64,000 nucleotides of DNA from Opitutia bacterium (GCA_018668635.1 JABJCN010000219.1:176-64175); one strand, 5' to 3'; positions 33,397 through 43,390 are shown, counted from the stretch's first letter. Program-made: numbers and translations. The notes: generated by a model from the sequence alone, not told the origin.

Positions 33397-34170
33397 CTAA
33401 TTCTTACAAATAGTTAAAATTTCTGGTCCACGGTGCGTTACGAGTATCGTATGCTCGAAGTGGGCAGATAGCTTGCGATCACGTGTTACAGCTGTCCAGC
33501 CATCAGGTAAGATATCGACTTCATGACCGCCAAGATTTACCATGGGTTCTATTGCCAGAGTCACACCATCCTTCAATTTTGGACCATCTGATTTCCTTCC
33601 GAAATTGGGGATTTGAGGTTCTTCATGCATATCCTTCCCAACACCATGACCGACAAAATTACGAACGATACTTAAATCACGAGACTCAATAAAATTTTGG
33701 ATCGCATTGGATATTTGCCCAACACGATTACCAACCTTGGCGAAGGTTATTCCGTGGTAAAGTGCCTCACGTGTAGACTGCACAAGAAAGGCGGCTTCAT
33801 CTGAAACAGGATCCACGATAATAGTTCTGGCATTGTCTCCGATATATCCATTGAACCGAACGACAACGTCAAGGGACACGACATCACCGGGATGAATGGT
33901 CCGGCGAAGACTGGCTACGCCATGTACAACTTCTTCATTGACGGAGATACAGGTGTAACAAGGGAAAACCTTACTCCCGGACCTATAATTCAAACATGCA
34001 CTCTCAGCACCAAGTTTCTCCATCCGATGTCTGGCAAATTGGTCAAGTTCGTGGGTGGTAATTCCGACACGAAGTTCCTTCGCCATATGCTCAAGAACAT
34101 CAGCAGCCACTCTACAAGCCTGACGGATCTGATCTATCTCCTGACTATTCCTGACGATAACTTGTGACAT
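33397..34170 (-). CDS. map: methionine aminopeptidase type I
   Basis: The ATG at 34170 gives MSQVIVRNSQEIDQIRQACRVAADVLEHM, which aligns with MetAP N-termini. Metal ligands are in VVSLDV, HGVG and EPM contexts. The track ORF starts at a GTG at 34230. Confidence 0.9.
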   Translation of the reverse strand: MSQVIVRNSQEIDQIRQACRVAADVLEHMAKELRVGITTHELDQFARHRMEKLGAESACLNYRSGSKVFPCYTCISVNEEVVHGVASLRRTIHPGDVVSLDVVVRFNGYIGDNARTIIVDPVSDEAAFLVQSTREALYHGITFAKVGNRVGQISNAIQNFIESRDLSIVRNFVGHGVGKDMHEEPQIPNFGRKSDGPKLKDGVTLAIEPMVNLGGHEVDILPDGWTAVTRDRKLSAHFEHTILVTHRGPEILTICKN

Positions 34171-34257
34171 CTCTAAGACCTGCATGGGAATCGTGGAAAT
34201 TGAACGCAAGAAAAGTTGAGTCAGATTCACTACGCCTGGAAATGGCGTAGGGACAGG

Positions 34258-35778
34258 CTATTTCCCCATATTAAGGAAAAATGCGATAATTCCGAATGCA
34301 AATAATGCAACGGCGACAATAAGAAGTGGTTTCCAGTGGGTGACGGTATCCTTAAACGCATCTGTATCAAGAGATTGCTGGACGCGACTAGTACTACGAC
34401 CACGAAGTTTCCCTTTCTTTAGAAATCCATCGTAATGGCGCTGAAGAAGGTGGGTTTCCACTTGACGCATAGTATCAAGCATCACCCCGACTGTGATAAG
34501 CATTCCCGTTCCTCCGAAAAAAGTTGCAACGACATACGGGATTTTGGCTAGGCCCAGTATTAAGTCCGGGAATACCGCAACAATGGTAAGGAAAAGGGAC
34601 CCGGCAAAGGTAAGCCGCGTCATCACATGATCAAGATAATTGGCGGTATTCTGTCCAGGACGGATTCCAGGAATGTATCCACCATTTTTCTTCAGGTCAT
34701 CTGCGATCTGCACAGGCTTGAACATTATAGAGACCCAAAAATAACTGAAAACTAAAATAAGACCACCGTAAGTAAGATAATAAAACCACCCTCCTCGTTG
34801 CAGAAAATTGGCCATAGACTGAAAGATATCATATTGCTTCCAGCTATAAAGTTGCTGAAAAATCTGCTGTGGGAACATGAGGATCGCACTCGCAAAAATA
34901 ACAGGCATTACCCCAGCGTAATTAATCTTTAGGGGCAGGAAGGAGCTCTGGCCACTGTACACCTTGCGATTTACAACCCTCTTGGCATACTGGATTGGAA
35001 TCTTTCGAAGTGCCTGAGTCATGGCAACAATTCCCATGGTCACAATCAAAAGAAGAAAAAACATACCAATTACCTGAGGCCATACAGACAGGTCGGAAAA
35101 TGTGTTCTGCCCAAAGAAATGCTTGTAAAAAACAACGCAAGCGCGTGGAAGGTCCGAAATAATCCCAATGGTGATAAGTAAAGAAATACCATTACCGATG
35201 CCACGTTGGGTAATCTGCTCCCCGAGCCACATTAAAATAACAGTACCAGTAGTAAGGAAAATCGTTGAGCGAATAAGAAACCAGACATGGTTGTCCTCTA
35301 TAATTATTTTACCATATTTTTGTATAAAATCCTGACCCTGACCAATCAGACTGCCTGGATTGTTGCTTAGTGCCAAAAGGAGCAGGACTGATTGGATAAC
35401 ACATATAATAATTGTTAGATACCGGGTGTACTGACTGATCTTTTGGCGACCGACATCGCCCTCCTGTTGCAGACGGGCAATCCAAGGGACTACAGCACCA
35501 GCAAGTTGCATTATAATGGAGGCGCTAATATATGGCATTATGCCAAGAGCAAAGACGGCCCCCTTAAGGAGCGCGCCCCCCGTAAACATGTTGTAGAAGC
35601 CAAGCAGGGACCCACCGGCACCTGTTTGGTCATTCATGAAATCCTGAAGTGGTGCAGAATTTATTCCAGGTAAGGGAATATTCGCACCGACTCGAGCAAC
35701 AAAAATAAGAGCCGCTGTGAAAAATATACGATTCCGCAGCTCAGGAATCTTCAGACAGTTGGTGAAGGCGCTCAGCAT
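34258..35778 (-). CDS. secY: preprotein translocase subunit SecY (with extra C-terminal hydrophobic segment)
   Basis: 506 aa with ten canonical TM segments. The canonical end ...QRHYDGFLKKGKLRGRS is followed by 44 more residues that include a hydrophobic helix. Confidence 0.95.
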   Translation of the reverse strand: MLSAFTNCLKIPELRNRIFFTAALIFVARVGANIPLPGINSAPLQDFMNDQTGAGGSLLGFYNMFTGGALLKGAVFALGIMPYISASIIMQLAGAVVPWIARLQQEGDVGRQKISQYTRYLTIIICVIQSVLLLLALSNNPGSLIGQGQDFIQKYGKIIIEDNHVWFLIRSTIFLTTGTVILMWLGEQITQRGIGNGISLLITIGIISDLPRACVVFYKHFFGQNTFSDLSVWPQVIGMFFLLLIVTMGIVAMTQALRKIPIQYAKRVVNRKVYSGQSSFLPLKINYAGVMPVIFASAILMFPQQIFQQLYSWKQYDIFQSMANFLQRGGWFYYLTYGGLILVFSYFWVSIMFKPVQIADDLKKNGGYIPGIRPGQNTANYLDHVMTRLTFAGSLFLTIVAVFPDLILGLAKIPYVVATFFGGTGMLITVGVMLDTMRQVETHLLQRHYDGFLKKGKLRGRSTSRVQQSLDTDAFKDTVTHWKPLLIVAVALFAFGIIAFFLNMGK

Positions 35779-35831
35779 GGGAGTTGTTTCAAGTGTCTAC
35801 GTGTGTAGGGGCTGATAGTAGATTCAAAGTA

Positions 35832-36275
35832 TCAAGCCTGGATGATCTCTCCACCTGCAGACTTGATCTTCTCCTCGGCTGATTTTGAAAACTTGTTGGC
35901 CTTCACCTTAATAGGCACCGACAAATCGCCGTCACCAAGGACCTTGATAAGTAATGCGTTCGGCCGGACGAGACCTGCCTTCACAAGTGCTTCCTTGTCA
36001 ATGATATCAGAGCCCTCAACACGGGAAAGATCACTCAAGTTGACCACAGAATACTCTGTGCGGAAATTAAAATTATTGAAGCCACGTTGGGGAAGCTTGC
36101 GATAAAGTGGCATCTGCCCACCTTCGAATCCAGGTTTGGTGCTGTAGCCAGAACGCTGGCCACTACCGCCATGACCGCGACAGCAGGTTTTTCCACGACC
36201 ATTACCTCGGCCGCGGCCCAGACGCTTGGTCGGATGTGTGGATTGGCTACCTCCAGTGATGTGATCGGTCTTCAT
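35832..36275 (-). CDS. rplO: 50S ribosomal protein L15
   Basis: Gly/Arg-rich N-terminus (RLGRGRGNGRGKTCCRGHGG) and KVLGDG motif. Lies directly between rpsE and secY. Confidence 0.95.
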   Translation of the reverse strand: MKTDHITGGSQSTHPTKRLGRGRGNGRGKTCCRGHGGSGQRSGYSTKPGFEGGQMPLYRKLPQRGFNNFNFRTEYSVVNLSDLSRVEGSDIIDKEALVKAGLVRPNALLIKVLGDGDLSVPIKVKANKFSKSAEEKIKSAGGEIIQA

Positions 36276-36302
36276 AGGTTAAGGGAGTCGCTAAAAAATG
36301 AA

Positions 36303-36827
36303 TCAGGCTTCTGCCTGCTCGGGTTGGTATTCTCGTAAAGAACGGATAAGATCGGGTGAGCGTAGTTGCTGAAGTCCCGCAAGTGTGGCGTTAACAACAG
36401 CCAAATGGTTATTTGAGCCCAGCGACTTGGAAAGTACATTCTTAACTCCAGCAGCCTCAAGTACCGCGCGGACTCCTCCTCCGGCTATAACACCAGTTCC
36501 GGGACTCGCAGGACGAAGAAGCACCTTGCCTCCATCAGCCTCACCAACTACTTGGTGCGGAATTGTATCCTCAAGAACTTGAACTGGCTCCATGTTCTTT
36601 CGGGCTTTCTCAGTAGCTTTTCGAATACACTCGGGAACCTCCTTTGCCTTTCCGTAGCCAACACCGACCCGGCCTTCCTGATCGCCTGTAACAACGAGGG
36701 CGGAAAAACTGAAACGCCGGCCGCCTTTAACAACCTTTGCACAACGATTAATAGTGACCACCTTTTCGAAGAACTCTGGTTCTTCGGGTTGAGTCTCAAA
36801 ATGTTTTCGTTTGTTTGGGATACTCAT
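36303..36827 (-). CDS. rpsE: 30S ribosomal protein S5
   Basis: VVTINRCAKVVKGGRRFSFSALVVTGD motif. I chose the ATG at 36827, 13 nt after the rplR stop. The track start at 36878 would overlap rplR by 38 nt. Confidence 0.94.
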   Translation of the reverse strand: MSIPNKRKHFETQPEEPEFFEKVVTINRCAKVVKGGRRFSFSALVVTGDQEGRVGVGYGKAKEVPECIRKATEKARKNMEPVQVLEDTIPHQVVGEADGGKVLLRPASPGTGVIAGGGVRAVLEAAGVKNVLSKSLGSNNHLAVVNATLAGLQQLRSPDLIRSLREYQPEQAEA

Positions 36828-36840
36828 AAAACGTGTGATC

Positions 36841-37203
36841 CTAGAATTGAAGTCCGGCTTCGCGGGCAGCTTCAGCAAAAGCCTTTACGCAACCATGATA
36901 TTGACGGCCTGCACGATCAAAAACCACGGATTGAATTTTGCTGGCCAATGCTTTTTCTCCAATCTCTTTCCCTAGTTCAATCGCAGCAGCGACATTAGAG
37001 CGAGAGCCTACTATTTTTTCACCCTTACGGAGAGTGGATGCCGCTAGAAGTGTTTTGTGTTCAACATCATCCACACACTGTGTGTGAATATGCTTATTAG
37101 AAAAGTAGACAGTCAACCGAGGGCGCGAAGCAGTGCCATTGACTTTTTTGCGGATACGCCAACGCCTTTTTTGGCGAAGGAGATTTTTTTTGGCGAGTTT
37201 CAT
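36841..37203 (-). CDS. rplR: 50S ribosomal protein L18
   Basis: RPRLTVYFSNKHIHTQ and FDRAGRQYHGCVKAFAEAAREAGLQF motifs. Confidence 0.95.
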   Translation of the reverse strand: MKLAKKNLLRQKRRWRIRKKVNGTASRPRLTVYFSNKHIHTQCVDDVEHKTLLAASTLRKGEKIVGSRSNVAAAIELGKEIGEKALASKIQSVVFDRAGRQYHGCVKAFAEAAREAGLQF

Positions 37204-37230
37204 GTGGATAATTGTAAGCTAAAAATTAGA

Positions 37231-37767
37231 TTAGGCAGTTTTCTTGCCCTCCTTACGCCGAACGTATTCTCCAACGATACGCACCCCTTTACCCTTGTAG
37301 GGTTCAGCGGGATAATACGACTTGATCTGAGCGGCCAACTGACCGACGGCCTGCTTGTCAATGCCTTCGATCTTAATGTTTACATTGTCGTCAACTGTAA
37401 CAGTCACACCTTCAGGGATCGGATGCTTGATGTCATGGGAATAACCAAGTGACAAATCAATAAGCTTTCCTTGTACTGTGGCACGAAAGCCAACACCATT
37501 TATCTGAAGACTCTTGGTGAATCCTTCCGTAACCCCTTGAACCATCCCATTTATGATGGATCTGGCGGTGCCATGCATGGCACGAGAAAAACGTGAGCTA
37601 TCTGCAGGCTTAACCTCAATAGAATTCTCTAAATGGGTAATTTCCACCACAGGCGCAAATTTATTGGACAAAGTTCCTTTGGGTCCTTTGATAGTAACAC
37701 TCGTTCCATCTAAGGTGACTTCGACCTTCTCAGGAATTGTGATGGGTAATTTTCCAATCCTACTCAT
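37231..37767 (-). CDS. rplF: 50S ribosomal protein L6
   Basis: MSRIGKLPITIPEKVEV...VTIKGPKGTL N-terminus. Confidence 0.96.
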   Translation of the reverse strand: MSRIGKLPITIPEKVEVTLDGTSVTIKGPKGTLSNKFAPVVEITHLENSIEVKPADSSRFSRAMHGTARSIINGMVQGVTEGFTKSLQINGVGFRATVQGKLIDLSLGYSHDIKHPIPEGVTVTVDDNVNIKIEGIDKQAVGQLAAQIKSYYPAEPYKGKGVRIVGEYVRRKEGKKTA

Positions 37768-37777
37768 GATTCTTTAT

Positions 37778-38176
37778 CTACCAGACGGAGCAAAGCAATT
37801 CTCCCCCAACCTTCTGCTTGCGTGCTTCATTTCCAGTTAGTATTCCACGGGAGGTAGTGAGAATACTAATTCCTAACCCTCCCAATACTGGGGGAATTTC
37901 TTGATATTGGTAATAGCGGCGACAACCTGGTTTGCTTTCACGACGTATGCCTGCAATTACAGGCTGATCTCCTTTAAACTTCAGTTTGATTTCTAGATAC
38001 TTAATACCATTACTGCGTTCATTCACAGTGTAGTCAAAAAGGTATCCATGCCGCTTTAGAATACTGGAGATACTCTCCCGAAGTTTTGAATGACGGAGGG
38101 AAACAACAGGTTTGGTAGCCATACTGCCGTTGCGAAGTGTGGTAATAAAATCGCCAATTGTGTCGTGAATAGCCAT
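37778..38176 (-). CDS. rpsH: 30S ribosomal protein S8
   Basis: DTIGDFITTLRNG N-terminus, C-terminal GGELLCSVW, spc-block position. Confidence 0.96.
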   Translation of the reverse strand: MAIHDTIGDFITTLRNGSMATKPVVSLRHSKLRESISSILKRHGYLFDYTVNERSNGIKYLEIKLKFKGDQPVIAGIRRESKPGCRRYYQYQEIPPVLGGLGISILTTSRGILTGNEARKQKVGGELLCSVW

Positions 38177-38213
38177 AATGCTAGTGTAGAATGATTAGTG
38201 TGGCAGCGTTAGA

Positions 38214-38534
38214 CTACCAAGATGATTTGGTAACCCCGGGGATTTTACCAGCTAAAGCAAGTTCACGAAATGTAAGGCGCGAAAGGCCAAATTTTCCGAT
38301 GAATGCTCTAGGTCGACCAGTTATGGAACAGCGGTTGCGGTAGCGTATAGGGGAAGAGTTTTTGGGGAGTTTGGTAAGTTTATGCTGGGCACTCAAAAAC
38401 TCCTGATTTATTTCGCCATCAACCAAAGGTTCCATGCCCTTTAGCATATCCTTCAGTTCCTTGCGTTTGTTCGCATAGCGCTCAATAAGTCGCTTTCGCT
38501 TAAGGTTTCGAGCAATGGATGACTTTTTTGCCAT
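38214..38534 (-). CDS. rpsN: 30S ribosomal protein S14 (long, non-zinc form)
   Basis: 106 aa. [42 protein letters not shown]-terminus, with no CxxC pairs. Confidence 0.95.
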   Translation of the reverse strand: MAKKSSIARNLKRKRLIERYANKRKELKDMLKGMEPLVDGEINQEFLSAQHKLTKLPKNSSPIRYRNRCSITGRPRAFIGKFGLSRLTFRELALAGKIPGVTKSSW

Positions 38535-38556
38535 GAGATTTATCAGTTAAAATTAA

Positions 38557-39096
38557 TTATTTACGGAAAGGCATACCGAGAAGTGTGAGGAGTTCCCCTC
38601 CCTCATCATCATTTTTTGCATTCGTTACAAAAGAAATATCCATGCCAGTAGTATGTTTTACGCCTTCCATGCGTATTTCAGGAAATATAGTGTGGTCTGA
38701 AATACCAAGGGTATAATTACCCTGACCGTCCAAACGTTTATTGATTCCTTGAAAATCTCGAATATTCGGTAAGGCGACGGCAAGAATGCGGAGAAAGAAT
38801 TCCCACATTTGATTACCTCGCAAGGTAACCTTGACGCCGATTGGCATGCCTTCACGTAACTTAAAATTAGAAATGCTTAAACGTGCTTTAGTAATGATAG
38901 GTTTCTGCCCTGCAATTCGGCCAATATCGTCAGCCACTTCATTGACACGGTTTTTTTCACTGACAGCACCGACACCTGAGTTAATGACGATCTTTTCAAG
39001 TCGAGGGACTTGCAGGGCATTCTTGTGCCCTCGAAGGGACATAATTTCGGGACGTACCTTTTCGGTATAAAGTGTTTTAAGTTCTGGGGCGCTCAT
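38557..39096 (-). CDS. rplE: 50S ribosomal protein L5
   Basis: VPRLEKIVINSGVG and FRGL-like motifs, plus operon position. Confidence 0.96.
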   Translation of the reverse strand: MSAPELKTLYTEKVRPEIMSLRGHKNALQVPRLEKIVINSGVGAVSEKNRVNEVADDIGRIAGQKPIITKARLSISNFKLREGMPIGVKVTLRGNQMWEFFLRILAVALPNIRDFQGINKRLDGQGNYTLGISDHTIFPEIRMEGVKHTTGMDISFVTNAKNDDEGGELLTLLGMPFRK

Positions 39097-39119
39097 AGTT
39101 CGCTGTACAGTAAAAGTTA

Positions 39120-39398
39120 CTACCCTGCGGATTGTTGGGCTAGGATATTTGGTCTTTTCTTTCTCCTATCTTCTAACATTACATTTGAAATATGAATGGG
39201 CATTTCACGTTCAATGATCGCGCCATCAGGATTTTCCTGTGTCTTACGCTCATGCTTTTTGCGCAGATTTACATTTTCAATGATGACGCGGTTAAGTTTG
39301 GTCTGGACCTCGAGCACCTTACCATCTGCGCCTTTATGAGCACCACTAATTACGACAACCCGCTTGTCTTTCTTTACTTTGTCTTTTTTCTTCGACAT
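39120..39398 (-). CDS. rplX: 50S ribosomal protein L24
   Basis: KOW motif ([18 protein letters not shown]), 92 aa. Confidence 0.94.
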   Translation of the reverse strand: MSKKKDKVKKDKRVVVISGAHKGADGKVLEVQTKLNRVIIENVNLRKKHERKTQENPDGAIIEREMPIHISNVMLEDRRKKRPNILAQQSAG

Positions 39399-39401
39399 GG
39401 C

Positions 39402-39764
39402 TTAAAGCACCTCTGGTGCAAGGGATACAATCTTTAAATATTTCTGCCGCAATTCACGAGCAACAGGTCCAAAAATTCGGGTTCCACGTGGAGCTCCCTC
39501 GGGATTCACGAGCACTATTGCATTTTCATCAAAGCGAATGCGACTTCCATCTCTTCGACGAATTGGGGATCTGGTTCGGACAACAACTGCGCGAACGACC
39601 GTTCCCTTTTTGACATCAGACTCGGGAGTACTCTCCTTGATGTGGCAAACAATCAAGTCACCAACGGAAGCGGTTTTTTTATTCTGACCTATACGGCGAA
39701 TCATCATTGCCGATTTTGCTCCTGTGTTGTCCGCAATGGACACCCTGCTTCTCAGTTGAATCAT
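39402..39764 (-). CDS. rplN: 50S ribosomal protein L14
   Basis: [18 protein letters not shown]-terminus, 120 aa. Confidence 0.96.
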   Translation of the reverse strand: MIQLRSRVSIADNTGAKSAMMIRRIGQNKKTASVGDLIVCHIKESTPESDVKKGTVVRAVVVRTRSPIRRRDGSRIRFDENAIVLVNPEGAPRGTRIFGPVARELRQKYLKIVSLAPEVL

Positions 39765-39806
39765 TGCTAATGCTGTAAATTTGTGAGGTTATTTGGTGGT
39801 AAGTCC

Positions 39807-40085
39807 TTAAATATTGGAAGCTCGTGCCTTCTCTAAAACACGAACCACGCGCCAACGCTTGAGTTTGCTTAGAGGCCGGGTCTCCATAATCTCCACACTA
39901 TCGCCAATTGCACACTCTTCCTTTTCGTCATGCACATGGAAGATGCTCTTACGCTTGATTTCCTTTTTATAGAGAGGATGCGGGATTTTATAGAAAAACG
40001 CTACCTTGATCGATTTTTGACCAGATATGCTGATGACTACGCCATTAAGCTGTTTTCTACGATTACGTGTAGTTGTTTCGCTCAT
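39807..40085 (-). CDS. rpsQ: 30S ribosomal protein S17
   Basis: LNGVVISISGQKSIKV...VHDEKEECAIGDSVEIMETRPLSKLKRWRVV. Confidence 0.95.
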   Translation of the reverse strand: MSETTTRNRRKQLNGVVISISGQKSIKVAFFYKIPHPLYKKEIKRKSIFHVHDEKEECAIGDSVEIMETRPLSKLKRWRVVRVLEKARASNI

Positions 40086-40102
40086 TTTAAAAAGTTATAT
40101 TG

Positions 40103-40459
40103 TCAGGAAGCTTTATGAAGTTCACGAAGAGCCTTGCGGTGACTAACGCCAGAACGATTTGCAGTTTCACGAAGTGACATTCTCTTATCGGATTTAGAAT
40201 CTTCATCCATTATAATACGATCACGTTTTTCCTCCAGTATGGTCTTGATGCGTGCGATCTCACGACGATATTTTTTGATCTCATGAGGTTTCTCCAACTG
40301 GCCGGTCTCCTTACGAATACGCAAGTCAACAAGTTCCTTGGAATCATCCCGTAACAGATCTTCAAGTTCTGGTACGGATTTCTCTCTTAGCTTGCCGGCC
40401 TCACCCATCAAATCTTTCGATTTAGCTGCAGGAGTCTCGTTTGAATCTTTATCTTTCAT
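40103..40459 (-). CDS. rpmC: 50S ribosomal protein L29 (extended at both ends)
   Basis: Core LREKSVPELEDLLRDDSKELVDLRIRKETGQLEKPHEIKKYRREIARIKTIL. The 118-aa ORF is about twice the usual ~65 aa. The start could instead be the internal Met at 40408. Confidence 0.85.
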   Translation of the reverse strand: MKDKDSNETPAAKSKDLMGEAGKLREKSVPELEDLLRDDSKELVDLRIRKETGQLEKPHEIKKYRREIARIKTILEEKRDRIIMDEDSKSDKRMSLRETANRSGVSHRKALRELHKAS

Positions 40460-40486
40460 TAAATATCGTACTCTTTAGAATTCACC

Positions 40487-40897
40487 TTAATCTCGGCTGA
40501 TAAATCGGCAGCGAAAAGGGATTTTAGCATCAGCACGAGCAAAAGCTTCTCGAGCTATTGTGGCAGAGGTTCCTGCTAGCTCAAATAGTATAGCGCCAGG
40601 CTTAACGACCGCGACCCAATGATCTACGGCACCTTTACCTTTCCCCATACGGGTTTCAGCTGGTTTTTTGGTAATTGGCTTCTGAGGGAAAACACGGATC
40701 CACAACTTGCCTTTACGTTTAAGATAGCGGGTAACTGCAACTCGAGACGCTTCTATTTGGTTAGAAGTCATACCACCACGGGCAAGAGCTTGAATAGCAA
40801 ATTCGCCAAACGCAATGTAGTCACCGCGTTTTGCATTACCGCGATTGCGCCCCTTGTGCACTTTACGGTACTTTGTTCTGGATGGTAAGTACGCCAT
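40487..40897 (-). CDS. rplP: 50S ribosomal protein L16
   Basis: The ATG at 40897 gives [20 protein letters not shown]. The track start at 40972 would overlap the rpsC 3' end. Confidence 0.95.
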   Translation of the reverse strand: MAYLPSRTKYRKVHKGRNRGNAKRGDYIAFGEFAIQALARGGMTSNQIEASRVAVTRYLKRKGKLWIRVFPQKPITKKPAETRMGKGKGAVDHWVAVVKPGAILFELAGTSATIAREAFARADAKIPFRCRFISRD

Positions 40898-40931
40898 GAT
40901 TAAAAAGTTATTAGGTATAAGAACGCGATGG

Positions 40932-41561
40932 TTATTCTTCTTCTGGTTTACAAATCCAACACTTAACGCCAATCAGGCCATAAGTTGTACGTGCCTCAGT
41001 AAATCCATAGTCAATGTTTTCACGCAGAGTCTGCAATGGGACACGACCAGCACGTTGTCGTTCCGATCTCGCAATATCCATACCATTCAGGCGACCACTG
41101 CATTGAATTTTAATGCCTTGTGCTCCTAGAGACATAGTACTTTGGAGCGCCTTTTTCATTGCTCGACGGAAGGGGAAGCGTCTCTCCAACTGCAGCGCAA
41201 CATTTTCTGCAACAAGTTGAGCCTCCAGATCAGGTTTTTTGATTTCATGGATATCAAGAATTACATCAAACCCAAGTTTTTTGGAAATATCTGCACGGAG
41301 CTTGTCTAACTCCTGACCCTTACGACCGATAACAACACCTGGACGAGCAGTGTAGACCCGAACTCGAACACGGTCATTTGTGGATCGCTCAATAAAAATG
41401 CGCGGGACGGATGCATAACGTAGTCTTTCCTCTAGAAATGCGCGAATTTTTTGGTCCTGCGCGACAAACTCGGGAAACTTCTTTTTACTCGCATACCAAC
41501 GAGAATCCCAGTCACGTGTGAGAGCGAGGCGAAATCCTTTAGGGTTTACTTTTTGGCCCAT
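40932..41561 (-). CDS. rpsC: 30S ribosomal protein S3
   Basis: [13 protein letters not shown]-terminus and KH domain. Confidence 0.96.
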   Translation of the reverse strand: MGQKVNPKGFRLALTRDWDSRWYASKKKFPEFVAQDQKIRAFLEERLRYASVPRIFIERSTNDRVRVRVYTARPGVVIGRKGQELDKLRADISKKLGFDVILDIHEIKKPDLEAQLVAENVALQLERRFPFRRAMKKALQSTMSLGAQGIKIQCSGRLNGMDIARSERQRAGRVPLQTLRENIDYGFTEARTTYGLIGVKCWICKPEEE

Positions 41562-41591
41562 AGTAAAGTTATTAAAAATTCGGGGTTAGAC

Positions 41592-41918
41592 CTAATCGGT
41601 TAAAGTGATACGTATGTGACATTGACGCTTACGAAATGGATGTGCGGAACCGCGAGCACAGGGGCGAAACCGACGTAATGCAGGACCCTCTTCAATAATT
41701 GCTGACACGGTAAGATCATCTGCGTTAAGGTTGTGATTATGCTCCGCATTAGCCATGGCCGAGCGAAGGGTTTTGCGAATAAGGCGGGCAGACTTGCGAG
41801 GGATGACTTGCAGAGTATTAAGAGCTTTAGCGGCATCCATACCCTGTATTTCCCGAGCCACTTGCCGAACCTTCTTTGGCGACATTCTATTATATTTGGT
41901 GTAGGCTTTGACTTCCAT
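41592..41918 (-). CDS. rplV: 50S ribosomal protein L22
   Basis: Y.RMSPKKVRQVAREIQG N-terminus and ...HIRITL C-terminus. Confidence 0.95.
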   Translation of the reverse strand: MEVKAYTKYNRMSPKKVRQVAREIQGMDAAKALNTLQVIPRKSARLIRKTLRSAMANAEHNHNLNADDLTVSAIIEEGPALRRFRPCARGSAHPFRKRQCHIRITLTD

Positions 41919-41942
41919 GGCTAGCAGTAAGGTTTCTAAAAA

Positions 41943-42215
41943 TTATTTCTGGGTGTGGTTACCATGTTCACGGAAATGCCGGGTTGGCGCGAATTCACCC
42001 AGTTTGTGCCCAACCATGTTTTCTGTAATATATACTGGAAGAAACGATTTCCCATTGTGAACATTAATATTAAGGCCAACAAAATCAGGTGTAATTGTGG
42101 ACCTACGAGACCATGTTTTAATAGGTTTACGATCGCCAATTCGCTGGGCATCTTGAACTTTTTTCCAGATTCCAGGATCGACAAAGAAGCCTTTTTTAGA
42201 AGATCTTTTAGACAT
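41943..42215 (-). CDS. rpsS: 30S ribosomal protein S19
   Basis: KKGFFVD..., [28 protein letters not shown]. Confidence 0.96.
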   Translation of the reverse strand: MSKRSSKKGFFVDPGIWKKVQDAQRIGDRKPIKTWSRRSTITPDFVGLNINVHNGKSFLPVYITENMVGHKLGEFAPTRHFREHGNHTQK

Positions 42216-42224
42216 CGGTTATTT

Positions 42225-43067
42225 CTAGCGCTTCATCTTCCTGCCATTCCGGCGGACGATGATCATATTATTGGTTGTCTTTGATTTCCGACGTGTCGGG
42301 AACCCTTTTGAAAGTTGACCCCAAGGAGATTTCGGGTGACCTCCACCTGAGGTGCGTCCCTCACCACCGCCCATGGGGTGATCGACAGGATTCATGGCGA
42401 CGCCACGCACTCTAGGCCTGCGTCCTTTCCATCGGTTGCGGCCAGCCTTGCCGATAACCTGTTTTTCGTGAGATGCATTTCCAACGCTTCCAATTGTTGC
42501 ACGCGAATTGGAATTCACCAAGCGGATTTCTCCGCTTGGAAGTTTTAGAGTAGTATGTTTCCCCTCCGAATTTATAATTCGTAGACCAGCACCTGCTGAA
42601 CGCCCTAATTGCGCGCCCTTACCAGGCTGTAACTCGACGGCATGAACGGTAGTTCCAGGCGGGATTAAATGCAAAGGCATCGCGTTGCCAATGTCGAAAC
42701 CAACAGCTTTGTCCGAACTAATAATTGAAGTGCCTGGTTCTAGCCCTTTGGGCGCTAGTATATAGCGTTGCTCCTTGTCCTCGTATGTAACTAGAGCTAT
42801 GTGAGCGGAACGATTGGGATCGTATTCAAGTCGCTCAACCTTACCGGCAATGTCTAGCTTAGTCCGCTTAAAATCGATCTGGCGATAAAGACGCTTATGC
42901 CCCCCTCCCCGTCTGCGGGAAGTGATCCTTCCGTAGCAATTGCGACCCTTGGCACGATGCTTCGACTTGGTGAGGGACTTTATGGGGTCATTCAGGGTCA
43001 AACCAGTTCGATTCCGCTGGAGAAAACGCTGCCCTGGAGTAATTGGTCTGGATTGAACTATTGGCAT
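42225..43067 (-). CDS. rplB: 50S ribosomal protein L2
   Basis: 280 aa. Contains GRNCYGRITSRRRGGGHKR and MNPVDHPMGGGEGRTSGG motifs. Confidence 0.97.
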   Translation of the reverse strand: MPIVQSRPITPGQRFLQRNRTGLTLNDPIKSLTKSKHRAKGRNCYGRITSRRRGGGHKRLYRQIDFKRTKLDIAGKVERLEYDPNRSAHIALVTYEDKEQRYILAPKGLEPGTSIISSDKAVGFDIGNAMPLHLIPPGTTVHAVELQPGKGAQLGRSAGAGLRIINSEGKHTTLKLPSGEIRLVNSNSRATIGSVGNASHEKQVIGKAGRNRWKGRRPRVRGVAMNPVDHPMGGGEGRTSGGGHPKSPWGQLSKGFPTRRKSKTTNNMIIVRRNGRKMKR

Positions 43068-43092
43068 TAGAAATTAGTTATTGAAAGTAGAT

Positions 43093-43380
43093 TTACACCA
43101 AGTCTATCTTGCCTTTTGAAAGCGTAACAATGGCTCGCTTTGTTGATGCAGTCCTACCGCTGGCACTTAATCCGCGTGTCCGGCTGGACTTAATCTTCCC
43201 TTTTCGATTAATAATGTTAATCTTGCTGATTTCAACATCTCCAAAGTGATGTTGAACAGCTTGGCGAACTTGTGCTCGAGTGGCTGTTGGGGTCACGATA
43301 AATGTATACTTGTCCATGGAAGCCATTTCAGTGGCTTTTTCAGTAATGATGTACTTTAGGATGATATCTAGCGAGTTCAT
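43093..43380 (-). CDS. rplW: 50S ribosomal protein L23
   Basis: ITEKATEMAS...YTFIV motif and operon position. Confidence 0.94.
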   Translation of the reverse strand: MNSLDIILKYIITEKATEMASMDKYTFIVTPTATRAQVRQAVQHHFGDVEISKINIINRKGKIKSSRTRGLSASGRTASTKRAIVTLSKGKIDLV

Positions 43381-43390
43381 GGTGCTTTAA

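Noticed and set aside
36828-36878. Longer N-terminal extensions in the track ORFs for rpsE (to 36878), rplP (to 40972), rpsL (to 48264), rplL (to 56834) and map (to 34230)
   Set aside because: The extensions overlap upstream genes, or begin at TTG/GTG codons, and do not resemble the protein families. Internal ATGs give canonical N-termini.
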